Shown one piece after another: positions 21,491 to 31,323 of a stretch of DNA of 64,000 nucleotides (positions are counted from its first letter, which is position 1; every line of letters starts with the position of its first letter). Under the pieces are notes generated by a model, which saw only the letters and a program-made list of their open reading frames with translations, searched no databases and had not been told where the DNA came from. The DNA lies in contig LOEV01000150.1 of assembly GCA_001516065.1 (NCBI GenBank), positions 1,232 to 65,231 of the forward strand, given 5' to 3'. This DNA is from Alphaproteobacteria bacterium BRH_c36 (GTDB lineage: Bacteria > Pseudomonadota > Alphaproteobacteria > Rhizobiales > Hyphomicrobiaceae). Both the position numbers and the translations under genes were made by a program.

Positions 21491-22042
21491 ATGAGCGTTG
21501 AATTCAAGAAGCTTTGGTATGGCCACCCCATCAATGAGAGTATCATGGCGCCGTGCGTGGCGGACAGGGAGTTCGTTAATCTCGAAGGCAACACGGTGCT
21601 GCGGGGCTTTCCTGTTTACGCCAACCAATGTGCCATCCGCATGAGCGTGGCGCTGCGCCGTGCCGGGGTTAGCGCCGATCAGTTGGGCAGTATCGCATCC
21701 TGTGGCGCCCATCCGCGCGAAGAGATGCATTACATCAACGCCTCCCAGCTCGCCAACGCCATCGACCGCGCAAAAATTCCAGGCTTCCTCCCGGTGCAGA
21801 AGATCAGCGGCGAAGAGGTTGCGAAATTCTATCCCACGCTGTTCGGGCGCACAGGGGTCATTTTCATCAAGGACTACTGGCACCGATCGACAGACAGGCC
21901 GGGCAGTCCGACGGGCGATCATATCGACGTGTGGAATGGCTACCGCTCCAGCGCGAAGTTCCTGATGGAATGGTTCTCGTGGCTTGGCTACTATTCCAAT
22001 TACGCCGAGGCGGGAGAAATCTGGTTCTGGGAAGTCAAATAG
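21491..22042 (+). CDS. Tae4-family (T6SS amidase effector-like) NlpC/P60 peptidoglycan amidase
   Basis: NQCAIRMS (catalytic Cys), TGVIF, GDHIDVWNG (catalytic His), terminal IWFW. Confidence 0.85.
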   Translation: MSVEFKKLWYGHPINESIMAPCVADREFVNLEGNTVLRGFPVYANQCAIRMSVALRRAGVSADQLGSIASCGAHPREEMHYINASQLANAIDRAKIPGFLPVQKISGEEVAKFYPTLFGRTGVIFIKDYWHRSTDRPGSPTGDHIDVWNGYRSSAKFLMEWFSWLGYYSNYAEAGEIWFWEVK

Positions 22043-22080
22043 GTTCGTGAACGGCGCCGGGCGTGCGGGGAGACTTTTGG

Positions 22081-22317
22081 ATGCGGTATCTACTGGCAAT
22101 GATTCTGGGGGCAGCCGCGGCACTGGCGGCGACGCTCACCATCAGCGCACCGCTCGCTTTCTTCGTCGTCAATCTCTTTACGTTTGAAAGTCCAGATCAG
22201 GTTTCGAACCTGGAGGATGGCGTGTTCATGGCGACGAGTGCGGTTGCGCTCATTGTTGGCTTCGTAATCGGCTGGACGATCGGAGGACGGTTCGAGGAGG
22301 ACGACAATATCGTTTGA
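22081..22317 (+). CDS. small membrane protein (2 TM)
   Basis: two hydrophobic segments; GGGAG SD. Confidence 0.65.
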   Translation: MRYLLAMILGAAAALAATLTISAPLAFFVVNLFTFESPDQVSNLEDGVFMATSAVALIVGFVIGWTIGGRFEEDDNIV

Positions 22318-22448
22318 GCGCTTCCATCTGGCGGGGATGAGCCAACGGGCTGAATTGCGACGCGTTGACCGGTTAGGCGTGCAGTGTTTGCGGGCTTTGG
22401 CGGCGTGCTTTATAGAAGCGGGCTTCGGCTTGTTCTGGATCGAGAGAC

Positions 22449-22835
22449 ATGAATCATCTGCTGCTTGCGTGCGCGGGCGGGGCGGTGGGCGCCGGGGCGC
22501 GCTTTTTAGTGGGAGCCGGGTTCGCGCGGCTTATCGGGATCACTGCCGGGTTCCCGTGGCCAACACTTCTCGTCAACATCGTCGGATCGTTCCTGATGGG
22601 CGCGTTCATTGAAGTGCTGGCGCTGAAATATTCGGCGTCGCCGGAACTTCGTGTTTTCGTGGCGACGGGAATCCTTGGCGGCTTCACGACGTTCTCGGCG
22701 TTTTCACTCGACTTCGTGACGCTGATGGCGCGAAAGGAAGAGATGCTGGCTGCGATATATGTGATTTCCTCGGTGACTCTGTCGCTTGCGGCGATCTATG
22801 CCGGGATGGCGATCGCCCGGCAGGTGCTGGCATGA
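22449..22835 (+). CDS. crcB: fluoride channel Fluc/CrcB
   Basis: GGAVGAGARF, FPWPTLLVNIVGS, GILGGFTTFSAF. Confidence 0.96.
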   Translation: MNHLLLACAGGAVGAGARFLVGAGFARLIGITAGFPWPTLLVNIVGSFLMGAFIEVLALKYSASPELRVFVATGILGGFTTFSAFSLDFVTLMARKEEMLAAIYVISSVTLSLAAIYAGMAIARQVLA

Positions 22836-23827
22836 GCGGCCCGGTCGAGACGATCGAGGTGCAGGCGGACGAAGACGGGCTGCGGCTCGATCGCTGGTTC
22901 AAGATCCATTTCCCCTACGTCACCTACGGCTATCTGCAGAAGCTGCTGCGATCAGGCCAGGTCCGGGTCGATTCAAAGCGGGTTCACGCCAACGCGCGGG
23001 TCGATGCGGGAGCGCAGATCCGCGTGCCGAAGGTGGTGCGCGATCCGCCAAAGGCGGCGCCGTCGGTCAAGCCGCCGCCGGGGTTGTCGAAGGCAGACCG
23101 GACGCTCATCGAGGACATGATCATCTACGAGGACGACCATCTGTTCGTTCTCAACAAGCCGTTCGGGCTGGCCGTGCAGGGCGGCACGAATATGAAGCGT
23201 CACATCGACGGTATTCTCGAAGGCATGGCCGACCGCTTCGGCGACCGGCCGCGCCTGGTGCATCGCCTCGACAAGGATACGACGGGCGTGCTGCTCGTTG
23301 CCAAGACGAGGAATGCCGCCGCCAAACTCGGCAACATCTTCCGCACCCGTTCGGCGGCCAAGACATATTGGGCGCTGGTCTCCGGCGTGCCAAAGCCGCC
23401 GCAGGGCAAAATCGAAGCGGCCCTGGTGAAGGCATCGGGCCCCGACGGCGACCGCATACGCAAATCGCTTCCCGGCGAGCAGAAGGAAGCCATGCATGCA
23501 ACGACGCATTACTCGGTCATCGAGCGACTCGGGCAAAAGGCGGCGTGGGTTTCGCTGAAGCCGGTGACCGGCCGCCAGCATCAGTTGCGCGCGCATATGT
23601 CGATCATCGGGCATCCGATTGCCGGGGACGACAAATATGAGGGGCATATCAATCTGCCGGCCGAAAACATGGAAAACAAGCTTCATCTGCATTCACGCCG
23701 GCTGATCCTGCCGCATCCATTCGAGCCGGGTAAGAAACTTGATGTCACCGCGCCGCTGCCGCTGCACATGCTGCGGACCTGGGAGCTGCTGGGGCTTGAT
23801 CCGGAAAAATTCGAAGCCAGGGATTAG
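22832..23827 (+). CDS. RluA/RluC-family pseudouridine synthase
   Basis: S4-like N-terminus, HRLDKDTTG, TGRQHQLRAH. Confidence 0.95.
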   Translation: MSGPVETIEVQADEDGLRLDRWFKIHFPYVTYGYLQKLLRSGQVRVDSKRVHANARVDAGAQIRVPKVVRDPPKAAPSVKPPPGLSKADRTLIEDMIIYEDDHLFVLNKPFGLAVQGGTNMKRHIDGILEGMADRFGDRPRLVHRLDKDTTGVLLVAKTRNAAAKLGNIFRTRSAAKTYWALVSGVPKPPQGKIEAALVKASGPDGDRIRKSLPGEQKEAMHATTHYSVIERLGQKAAWVSLKPVTGRQHQLRAHMSIIGHPIAGDDKYEGHINLPAENMENKLHLHSRRLILPHPFEPGKKLDVTAPLPLHMLRTWELLGLDPEKFEARD

Positions 23828-23873
23828 GGTGCAGGACGTGCGCGGTGCTGCTGCCAAGTGATAGAATGAAGAC

Positions 23874-24557
23874 ATGAAACTTATCATTTTCGATTGCGAC
23901 GGCACCATCGTCGACAGCCAGCACGCCATCGCCACGGCGATGTCGATGGCCTTCGACGACCATGGCCTGGCGCAGCCGGCACGCAGCGACGTGATCGGCG
24001 TTGTGGGGCTGTCGCTCGTCGAGGCTGTGCAGCGGCTGTTGCCCGCGGACTCCGGGGATGTGGCGCTGCAGGTTTCGCAATCCTACAAGCAGGCGTTCGC
24101 AGACCTTCGCCAACAGCCGCACCACCATGAGCAGCTGTTCCCGGGGGCGGCGGAAACGATCGTGGCACTTGCCGCGCGCGAAGACTATCTTCTTGGAATT
24201 GCTACGGGCAAATCGCGGCGCGGCGTCGAAGCGCTGTTCGAGCGGGAAGGGTTGGCAGAATACTTCGTGACGATCCAGACCGCCGACGACCACCCCTCAA
24301 AGCCGCACCCTTCGATGATCGAACGGGCCATGCTCGAGTGCGGCACCGAAGCACTTCAGACGATCATGATCGGGGATACGACCTACGATATCGAGATGGC
24401 GTGCGCGGCCGGCGTCGCCGGTTTGGGTGTTGCCTGGGGCTATCATCCGCGCGTGATGCTGGAAGCTGCCGGAGCGCGGTCAATCGTTCAGGAGTACGCG
24501 GCGGTACCGGACGCCATCGAGCGGCTGCTGGCGCAAAGCAGTGGAGTCGCAGCGTGA
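23874..24557 (+). CDS. HAD-IA family hydrolase
   Basis: FDCDGTIVDS, SKPHP, IGDTTYD. Confidence 0.93.
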   Translation: MKLIIFDCDGTIVDSQHAIATAMSMAFDDHGLAQPARSDVIGVVGLSLVEAVQRLLPADSGDVALQVSQSYKQAFADLRQQPHHHEQLFPGAAETIVALAAREDYLLGIATGKSRRGVEALFEREGLAEYFVTIQTADDHPSKPHPSMIERAMLECGTEALQTIMIGDTTYDIEMACAAGVAGLGVAWGYHPRVMLEAAGARSIVQEYAAVPDAIERLLAQSSGVAA

Positions 24558-25303
24558 GCGGCGGAGAAGAAAAGACCAGGAGGGACGCGCGTGCACTGCC
24601 CAAGCGCTTTTATGAAGATGTCAGCGTCGCGGAACGTTCACTCGACGGTTCCGGGAGGGAGTGGCAACTGCTGCTTGATGCGCGCGCGGTGAGGACGCCG
24701 GGCAAGGCGCTTGTCGCAGTCCCCTCGCAAAGGCTGGCCGAAGCGCTTGCCGAAGAGTGGCGGGCGCAGACTGAGCGAATCGATCCGGCGACAATGCCTC
24801 TCACGAAAATCGTCAATTCGGCGATCGACGGCGTACGCGGGCGTGAAACTGAAGTCGCTGCCGATATCGTTGCATTCGCCGGTTCGGATCTCGTCTGCTA
24901 TCGCGCCGAAGGGCCCGACGATCTCGTGGCGATGCAGGCCGCTGCCTGGGACCGGGTACTGGAATGGGCGCGGGGCGTCTTCGGGGCGAGGTTCGTTCTC
25001 GCGCAGGGCGTGATGCCCGTTGAGCAGCCGTCGACGTCGATTGAGGCGCTCGCGGCCGAGCTACGCGACTTCGACGCGCTGAAGCTGTGCGCCCTGCACG
25101 TGATCACGACGCTGACCGGTTCGGCGCTGATCGCGCTGGCGCACGCGCGCGGAGAATTGTCCCTGGAGGCGGCCTGGCAGGCAGCGCATGTCGATGAAGA
25201 CTTCCAGATTGCGCAGTGGGGCGCGGACGAGGAAGCCACCGAGCGGCGCAATAAGCGCTGGGCGGAGTTCCAGGCGGCGAGCGCTATTTTTGAAAGTGCC
25301 TAA
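24554..25303 (+). CDS. ATP12-family chaperone
   Basis: PKRFY, EEWRAQ, IDPATMPLT, DLVCYRA, QWGADEE; GTGA overlap with the HAD gene. Confidence 0.93.
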   Translation: MSGGEEKTRRDARALPKRFYEDVSVAERSLDGSGREWQLLLDARAVRTPGKALVAVPSQRLAEALAEEWRAQTERIDPATMPLTKIVNSAIDGVRGRETEVAADIVAFAGSDLVCYRAEGPDDLVAMQAAAWDRVLEWARGVFGARFVLAQGVMPVEQPSTSIEALAAELRDFDALKLCALHVITTLTGSALIALAHARGELSLEAAWQAAHVDEDFQIAQWGADEEATERRNKRWAEFQAASAIFESA

Positions 25304-25398
25304 TGGCATTCGGCTCAACTAATAACCGCCTAACGGACCATTAACGATGGTGCTGATACATTGCCGGTGCCATCGCAATTGATCCGGAACATGCAGCA

Positions 25399-26082
25399 AT
25401 GCCCGACGCCGTCAGTGACGCCAATGTGGATTCGACGCAGGACCAGTTCGTTCGGCGCGTTGCCGAATCGATGACGGTGTACGCGGTTGCCGGAGAGGCC
25501 GGGCTGGCGCGGGCGCCGTCCCGGTTCGAGGATGGGCGGGAGGTCACGTTCCTGTGGTCGGAGCGCGCGCAGGCGGAAAAGTGGGCGGGCTGCATCGCGG
25601 AAAACCCCCGCATCAAGGAACTGCCGCTCGGCGAGGTTTTGACCTCGCTATTGCCGGCGCTCGATCAGCATGACCGCCGGGTTGGAACCGACTGGTCGGA
25701 TAGTCCCGACAAGCCCGAGCTTGAGCCGCTCGACCTGACGGTCAGCCTGCGCAGGGGGATCGTGACGGCATTCGTCGAGCGCGTCATCGGGGCAGGCAAA
25801 GTATTCGTCGTCTCGGGGATGTACGGGCCGTCGATGATGGTCTCGAAGATCAAGCCAGGGCGACAGGTGTTGCCGTGCTGGTCGGTGCGCGAACGTGCCG
25901 AAATGCGCCTTGAAGGACCCTGGGAAGAAATGGTCGCCAGCGAGATTCCACTCGACCGGTTCCTCAACGCGACATTGCCGGGTCTCGAAGAAATGAGCGC
26001 ACTCCTGTGTCCCGACAACATGCTCGGCGTCGAGACGATAGAGGTTCTGCCGGATGCATTGTCCAGGCGGTTGAGGGTTTAG
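25399..26082 (+). CDS. DUF2750-like tandem-domain protein
   Basis: two similar halves (FVRRV...FLWSERAQA and FVERV...PCWSVRERA). Confidence 0.65.
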   Translation: MPDAVSDANVDSTQDQFVRRVAESMTVYAVAGEAGLARAPSRFEDGREVTFLWSERAQAEKWAGCIAENPRIKELPLGEVLTSLLPALDQHDRRVGTDWSDSPDKPELEPLDLTVSLRRGIVTAFVERVIGAGKVFVVSGMYGPSMMVSKIKPGRQVLPCWSVRERAEMRLEGPWEEMVASEIPLDRFLNATLPGLEEMSALLCPDNMLGVETIEVLPDALSRRLRV

Positions 26083-26393
26083 TTTCCAGGTTCCGGGTAT
26101 TGTGGCCGAGGTAAACGTGGCGAAAAACCCGGCGCAGGCGTCAGCGTCATCGGCAGATGATCAGCACGGCTGGCGATAGCGGCAATTTCGACCCCGCCAG
26201 CGAGCGCATCTTAGCACAATCCCCCGTTTCGCGCACCTTTCCGCGGCCTTTCGGGGTGTTGGGTCCACTCGTGGCGTCGCTAACGACCTCCCCCAACGTT
26301 GCGTTTGCGCTGCAGCAAAGGCGTGCTATTTCATCAGGCAACCTTCCCCCCACGCCACTTTCTCCAAAAACAAGACCAACAGGGGCGCTTTCA

Positions 26394-27926
26394 ATGAAAC
26401 CCGTCATCGCCGAACTCGAACAACGCCGCGCCAATGCCCGCCTCGGCGGCGGTCAGAAACGTATCGATGCCCAACATGCGCGCGGCAAGCTGACGGCGCG
26501 CGAACGCATCGAACTTCTGATGGACGAGGGATCGTTCGAGGAGTTCGACATGTACGTCGAGCACCGCTGCACCGAATTCGGCATGGAGAAATCGAAAATA
26601 TCGGGCGATGGCGTGGTGACGGGATGGGGCACCATCAATGGACGCGTCGTCTACGTGTTCGCCAAGGACTTCACGGTTTTCGGCGGTTCATTGTCGGAGA
26701 CGCATGCCAGGAAGATCACAAAGATCCAGGACATGGCGCTGAAGAACCGGGCGCCGATCGTCGGGCTGTTTGATGCCGGCGGGGCGCGCATTCAGGAGGG
26801 CGTCGATGCACTTGGCGGCTATGGCGAAGTGTTTCAGCGCAACGTCATGTCGTCGGGGGTCATTCCGCAGATCTCCGTGATCATGGGCCCTTGCGCGGGC
26901 GGGGACGTCTACTCGCCGGCGATGACCGACTTCATCTTCATGGTGCGCGACACCAGCTACATGTTCGTCACAGGTCCCGATGTCGTGAAGACGGTGACGA
27001 ATGAGACGGTGACGGCTGAGGAACTCGGCGGAGCGAAGGTGCACACCTCGAAATCTTCCGTTGCCGACCGGGCCTACGACAACGACGTCGAGGCGCTGCT
27101 GCAGATGCGCCGGCTGATGGACTTCCTGCCGTCGAACAATACCGACGGGGTGCCGGTACTGCCGACGATGGATGCGGCGGACCGCGTGGAGACCTCGCTC
27201 GACACGCTGATCCCGGACAATCCCAATACGCCCTACGACATGCACGAACTCATCGGCAAGGTCGTCGATGAGGGCGATTTCTACGAAATCCAGGATGCGT
27301 TCGCCAAGAACATCCTGACCGGCTTCGCGCGCATGGAAGGCCACACCATCGGCATCGTCGCCAACCAGCCGATGGTGCTGGCGGGCGTGCTCGATTCGGA
27401 TGCCTCGCGCAAGGCTGCACGTTTCGTGCGGTTCTGCGACTGCTTCGATATTCCGATCGTGACGTTCGTCGACGTGCCGGGCTTCCTGCCGGGCACAGCG
27501 CAGGAGTATGGCGGGTTGATCAAGCATGGCGCCAAGCTGTTATTTGCCTACGCGGAAGCGACCGTGCCGAAACTGACGGTGATCACGCGCAAGGCCTACG
27601 GCGGAGCCTATGACGTGATGAGTTCGAAACACATCCGCGGCGACGTCAACTACGCCTGGCCGACGGCCGAGATCGCGGTGATGGGAGCGAAGGGTGCGGT
27701 CGAGATCATCTACCGCTCGGAACTTGGCGAACCGGAAAAAATCGCGGGCCGCATCAAGGACTACGAGACACGCTTTGCCAACCCGTTTGTTGCCGCCGAG
27801 CGCGGCTATATCGACGAGGTCATCCTGCCGCGGATGACACGCAAGCGCATCTGTCGCGCACTCAACATGCTGCGCAACAAGACGCTGGAAAACCCGTGGA
27901 AGAAGCACGACAACATACCGTTGTGA
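26394..27926 (+). CDS. pccB: propionyl-CoA carboxylase beta subunit (carboxyltransferase)
   Basis: [30 protein letters not shown]. Confidence 0.93.
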   Translation: MKPVIAELEQRRANARLGGGQKRIDAQHARGKLTARERIELLMDEGSFEEFDMYVEHRCTEFGMEKSKISGDGVVTGWGTINGRVVYVFAKDFTVFGGSLSETHARKITKIQDMALKNRAPIVGLFDAGGARIQEGVDALGGYGEVFQRNVMSSGVIPQISVIMGPCAGGDVYSPAMTDFIFMVRDTSYMFVTGPDVVKTVTNETVTAEELGGAKVHTSKSSVADRAYDNDVEALLQMRRLMDFLPSNNTDGVPVLPTMDAADRVETSLDTLIPDNPNTPYDMHELIGKVVDEGDFYEIQDAFAKNILTGFARMEGHTIGIVANQPMVLAGVLDSDASRKAARFVRFCDCFDIPIVTFVDVPGFLPGTAQEYGGLIKHGAKLLFAYAEATVPKLTVITRKAYGGAYDVMSSKHIRGDVNYAWPTAEIAVMGAKGAVEIIYRSELGEPEKIAGRIKDYETRFANPFVAAERGYIDEVILPRMTRKRICRALNMLRNKTLENPWKKHDNIPL

Positions 27927-27996
27927 GTGAAGGGCGCGCGGTCGTCCGCGTGGGCTTCGCAGTGCTGCGGACAATGGAAGACAAAGGACACCGCGC

Positions 27997-28203
27997 ATGG
28001 ATGAGAAGTCGATTGACCGGGCGGCGATGGGGCAGCTGGCGCAGGCCTTAGGTTTCATCTGCGGGGCAAATCACCCGACAGTGTTGGCGCTCAAGGCTGC
28101 CTGCGAGAGCGGGTCGGAGCGGGATATCAAGGCGGCCCGCGCTTTGTTTCTCAAGCTGAAACCGAGCGAGCGGCGGGCAGCGCTAACCATGCTTGAAGAA
28201 TGA
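27997..28203 (+). CDS. hypothetical protein (68 aa)
   Basis: AAAGGA SD; compact helical ORF. Confidence 0.65.
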   Translation: MDEKSIDRAAMGQLAQALGFICGANHPTVLALKAACESGSERDIKAARALFLKLKPSERRAALTMLEE

Positions 28204-28447
28204 CGCGGGCATCGTGCGGTGTGAAAATTGCGGTCAATTCGCCTCAATTTCACATCCGCCCTTGTAAGTTCGACCGGCAAGGCGTACATGCAGTACAGAT
28301 TTTCGCCGGAAAACTTGGCCGCGACGCTTTGAGCTTTTCAGGCGCACGTTCAGACACCCTAACAAAATCGACAAACGTGGACTTATCGGGCGCTTCGTGT
28401 GCGCGTAGGTCTGCAAGGACTTTAGACACAATCAAAGGAATGGTTTC

Positions 28448-28657
28448 TTGGAAACTGGTACTGTAAAATTCTACAACGATCAAAAAGGCTTCGGCTTTAT
28501 CGCTCCCGACAACGGCCAGAAGGACGTATTTGTGCACGCGACCGCTCTTGAGCGCGCTGGCATCCACGGCCTCTCGGAAGGACAGAAAGTGTCCTTCAAC
28601 ACGGCTGCTGATCAGCGCAGCGGCAAGATCGCCGTCGACACGATCGAACTTGCGTAA
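28448..28657 (+). CDS. cold-shock protein (TTG start)
   Basis: GTVKFYN, KGFGFI, DVFVH. Confidence 0.96.
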   Translation: METGTVKFYNDQKGFGFIAPDNGQKDVFVHATALERAGIHGLSEGQKVSFNTAADQRSGKIAVDTIELA

Positions 28658-28715
28658 GCGTTGAAGCGCTGACGCTGGGATAGCAAACGGGCATGATCCG
28701 TCATGCCACAAAGAC

Positions 28716-28752
28716 AGGAGCCGTTCTCAATCGAGGGCGGCTCCTTCTTTTC
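28716..28752 (+). terminator. rho-independent terminator after the csp gene
   Basis: AGGAGCCGTTCTC...GAGGGCGGCTCCT followed by TCTTTTC. Confidence 0.8.
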
Positions 28753-28881
28753 TCCGCCCGTGTTGAATGCTTTATCCGGATGCGTGCGCGGCGCGGGGCG
28801 GAAGCCGATTGCCCTTACGCGCCAAAGCGGGCTAAACAGCCCGCCTGCCATCGTAACTGGAATCGAGGGAGTGATCTTTAA

Positions 28882-29349
28882 ATGCGTGCTTTTCGAGTGA
28901 TGGGTTGCGTTATGGTGATGGCCCTTGCAACCGCGCTCTGCACCGCGCTTGCGGTCGCAGTTCCATTCCTGCAAACGGCTGCGGCCGCCGGAGAAACAAT
29001 GACAACACCATCGGGCTTGCAGATTACAGACAGCGTCGAAGGCACGGGCGCGACCCCGCGTACTGGGCAAACGTGCGTGATGCACTACACCGGCTGGCTC
29101 TACAAAGACGGGGAAAAGGGCGCCAAGTTCGACAGTTCGGTCGACCGCGGCCAACCGTTCGAATTCATGATCGGCGTCGGCCAGGTCATCCGCGGCTGGG
29201 ACGAAGGCGTCGCGTCGATGAAAGTCGGCGGAAAGCGCACGCTCATCATTCCTGCCGAACTCGGCTACGGCAAGCGTGGTGCTGGTGGCGTCATCCCGCC
29301 GAACGCTACGCTGATCTTCGATGTCGAACTACTTGACGTAAAGGACTGA
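28882..29349 (+). CDS. FKBP-type peptidyl-prolyl isomerase with signal peptide
   Basis: HYTGWL, KFDSS, VIRGWDEG, IPPNATLIFDVEL. Confidence 0.96.
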   Translation: MRAFRVMGCVMVMALATALCTALAVAVPFLQTAAAAGETMTTPSGLQITDSVEGTGATPRTGQTCVMHYTGWLYKDGEKGAKFDSSVDRGQPFEFMIGVGQVIRGWDEGVASMKVGGKRTLIIPAELGYGKRGAGGVIPPNATLIFDVELLDVKD

Positions 29350-29463
29350 AACCGGCGTCGGCCGGACGCTAAAATGCGGACCGGCCGACCATCCCGGAGT
29401 GTCTTGGCAGTGCTATTGGGCGTCGGTCTTCTCCCCGGTCGCCCTTCTGGAAACCGTGCCGCC

Positions 29464-30015
29464 ATGTTGCAGCCGCTCGAAACCCTTGACGTTTTCACGC
29501 CTGCCGAATGCCAAAAAATTATTGCCGCAGCCCGTGACGGACCGTCCCGTGAGGCGGGGCTGGTCGGCGGGCTGCGCTCGGACAATACGCGCCGTTCGCG
29601 CATCTTCTGGCTCGACGAAGACGGCGAGTGCAGCTGGGTGTTCCACCGGCTGCTCAACAGCGTCGCCGAAGCCAACAGGAGCCACTTCGAATTCGTCCTC
29701 GAAGAGTTTGGCGAGCGCATGCAGGTGGCATGGTATCAGGCGGATCCCGGCGGGTTCTTCGACTGGCATGTCGACTTCGGCGACGGACCGGTGGCGGCGC
29801 GGCGCAAGCTCACCATGGTCGTGCAGTTGTCGCAGAGCGAAGACTACGAAGGTGGCATGCTGGAAACCAACTGCGACGGTGTGGTCAGACAGGCCTCGAG
29901 GATTATCGGTTCTGCGCTGCTATTGCCAAGTTTCGTCCTGCATCGTGTGAGCCCCGTCCATCGCGGCGAACGGTTTTCGTTGACGCTGTGGTCGCACGGA
30001 CCGGCCTTCCAATGA
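29464..30015 (+). CDS. 2OG-Fe(II) oxygenase
   Basis: WHVD...RKLT...YEGG...LHRV...GER (HxD...H...R). Confidence 0.88.
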   Translation: MLQPLETLDVFTPAECQKIIAAARDGPSREAGLVGGLRSDNTRRSRIFWLDEDGECSWVFHRLLNSVAEANRSHFEFVLEEFGERMQVAWYQADPGGFFDWHVDFGDGPVAARRKLTMVVQLSQSEDYEGGMLETNCDGVVRQASRIIGSALLLPSFVLHRVSPVHRGERFSLTLWSHGPAFQ

Positions 30016-30097
30016 ACGACTTCAGGGTTCCGACTCCGTCGCGCCTGCAGAAGTGTATCTCTAAGGAAGCCCCATTCGTTCTTTGCCGGGCCGACGC

Positions 30098-31237
30098 TTA
30101 CTGCGCACAGGCGTAATGGGCGGCGGTGGCATAGCGCGGTGGTACCGATGACCTCTGGCCGGTAACGAAGCCGAGCGCGGCGTCGGCCATCCTGTGTGCA
30201 ATACCGAAGGAAATCTTATAGCCGCCGGTGCAGACGACAATGCGCGGGCATGCGGGCAGCGGACCGATCATGGGATGGCGGCCAATGGCGTTCGGGCGCA
30301 CGCCGCTCCAGCGCTCTTGCAGCGCTGCGCCCTCCAGTGCGGGGCAGATCATGGTGGCACGGGCGATGAGGTCGTCGAGCCGGTGGTCGGTCGCCGCGGC
30401 GTCGACGAACTCGTTTTCCGACGTCGAACCGATCGCGATCAGCCCGTTGTCGTGGGAGATGACGTAGACGCCGCCGAAGTAGATGATCGGTGCGTGCGGG
30501 TCGACGGGCTGAAGCGGATGCATCAAGGCGGCCTGTCCCTTGACTCCGCGGCCAAGACGGCGACCAGCCATGTCTTCGAGAAAGTCGAAGGTCTCGTACC
30601 CGGCTGTGAGGATGACGCGGCCCGGCTTCAACTCGGTTCCATCGTCGAGGACTATCATGGCGCCGCCATCATGCAAGCGCGCAACGGCGGTGCGTTCGCG
30701 GATGTGGACGGTTCTGCTAGTTGCGAGGGCAAGGGCCGCAAGGAGCGCGCGCGGCGAAACCCGGGCGCTGAGCGTATCGAATTCACACCCCAGTGGGGCT
30801 GCATCCCGGGCGAGCCAGCGAGCGTCGGGGGTTGCATCGAGAAGTCGCCATTCGAGGAGCTTGCCGCCTGGCGACGCCGTCGGCCAGTTCTGCCTGGCTG
30901 CGGCCTGCCAATCGGTGCGTTGGGCACGCTTCTTTTCGGTGCGGGTCGGAATCAGGCGGCCGCAGCGGCGATAGCCGCAATCGATGCCGGTGCGTTCCTC
31001 GAGCAGGGTGATCTCGGTCTCGAGCGACATCAGCGCGTCGAGCTGGAAGGCTTTTTCCGGTGTCCACCGGACGGGCTGGTGGGGCATCAATGCGCCAAGA
31101 AAACCACCGCTGGCGCCTTGCCCTATGCGGCCCTTTTCGAGGAGAACAGTACACAGCCCTGCCGCGCCGGCACGCATGGCGCACCACAGCCCGACAATGC
31201 CGCCGCCGACGATGGCAAGATCGGGCGCGCGCGGCAT
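30098..31237 (-). CDS. FAD-dependent oxidoreductase, MnmC C-terminal-like
   Basis: IVGGGIVG, GASGG, VKGQ, WSGVRP; divergent from mnmD; start uncertain. Confidence 0.85.
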   Translation of the reverse strand: MPRAPDLAIVGGGIVGLWCAMRAGAAGLCTVLLEKGRIGQGASGGFLGALMPHQPVRWTPEKAFQLDALMSLETEITLLEERTGIDCGYRRCGRLIPTRTEKKRAQRTDWQAAARQNWPTASPGGKLLEWRLLDATPDARWLARDAAPLGCEFDTLSARVSPRALLAALALATSRTVHIRERTAVARLHDGGAMIVLDDGTELKPGRVILTAGYETFDFLEDMAGRRLGRGVKGQAALMHPLQPVDPHAPIIYFGGVYVISHDNGLIAIGSTSENEFVDAAATDHRLDDLIARATMICPALEGAALQERWSGVRPNAIGRHPMIGPLPACPRIVVCTGGYKISFGIAHRMADAALGFVTGQRSSVPPRYATAAHYACAQ

Positions 31238-31323
31238 CGGGGATGCATGAGCATTTGCAATACAGGGACTAACCGGCGGCATCGTAGGAGTAGGGCCCAT
31301 GGTTCAAGAAAGACTGGCCGCCA

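Noticed and set aside
26305-26320. PccR operator upstream of pccB (TTTGC-N6-GCAAA)
   Set aside because: Only a partial match to TTTGCAAA-N4-TTTGCAAA; too weak to call.
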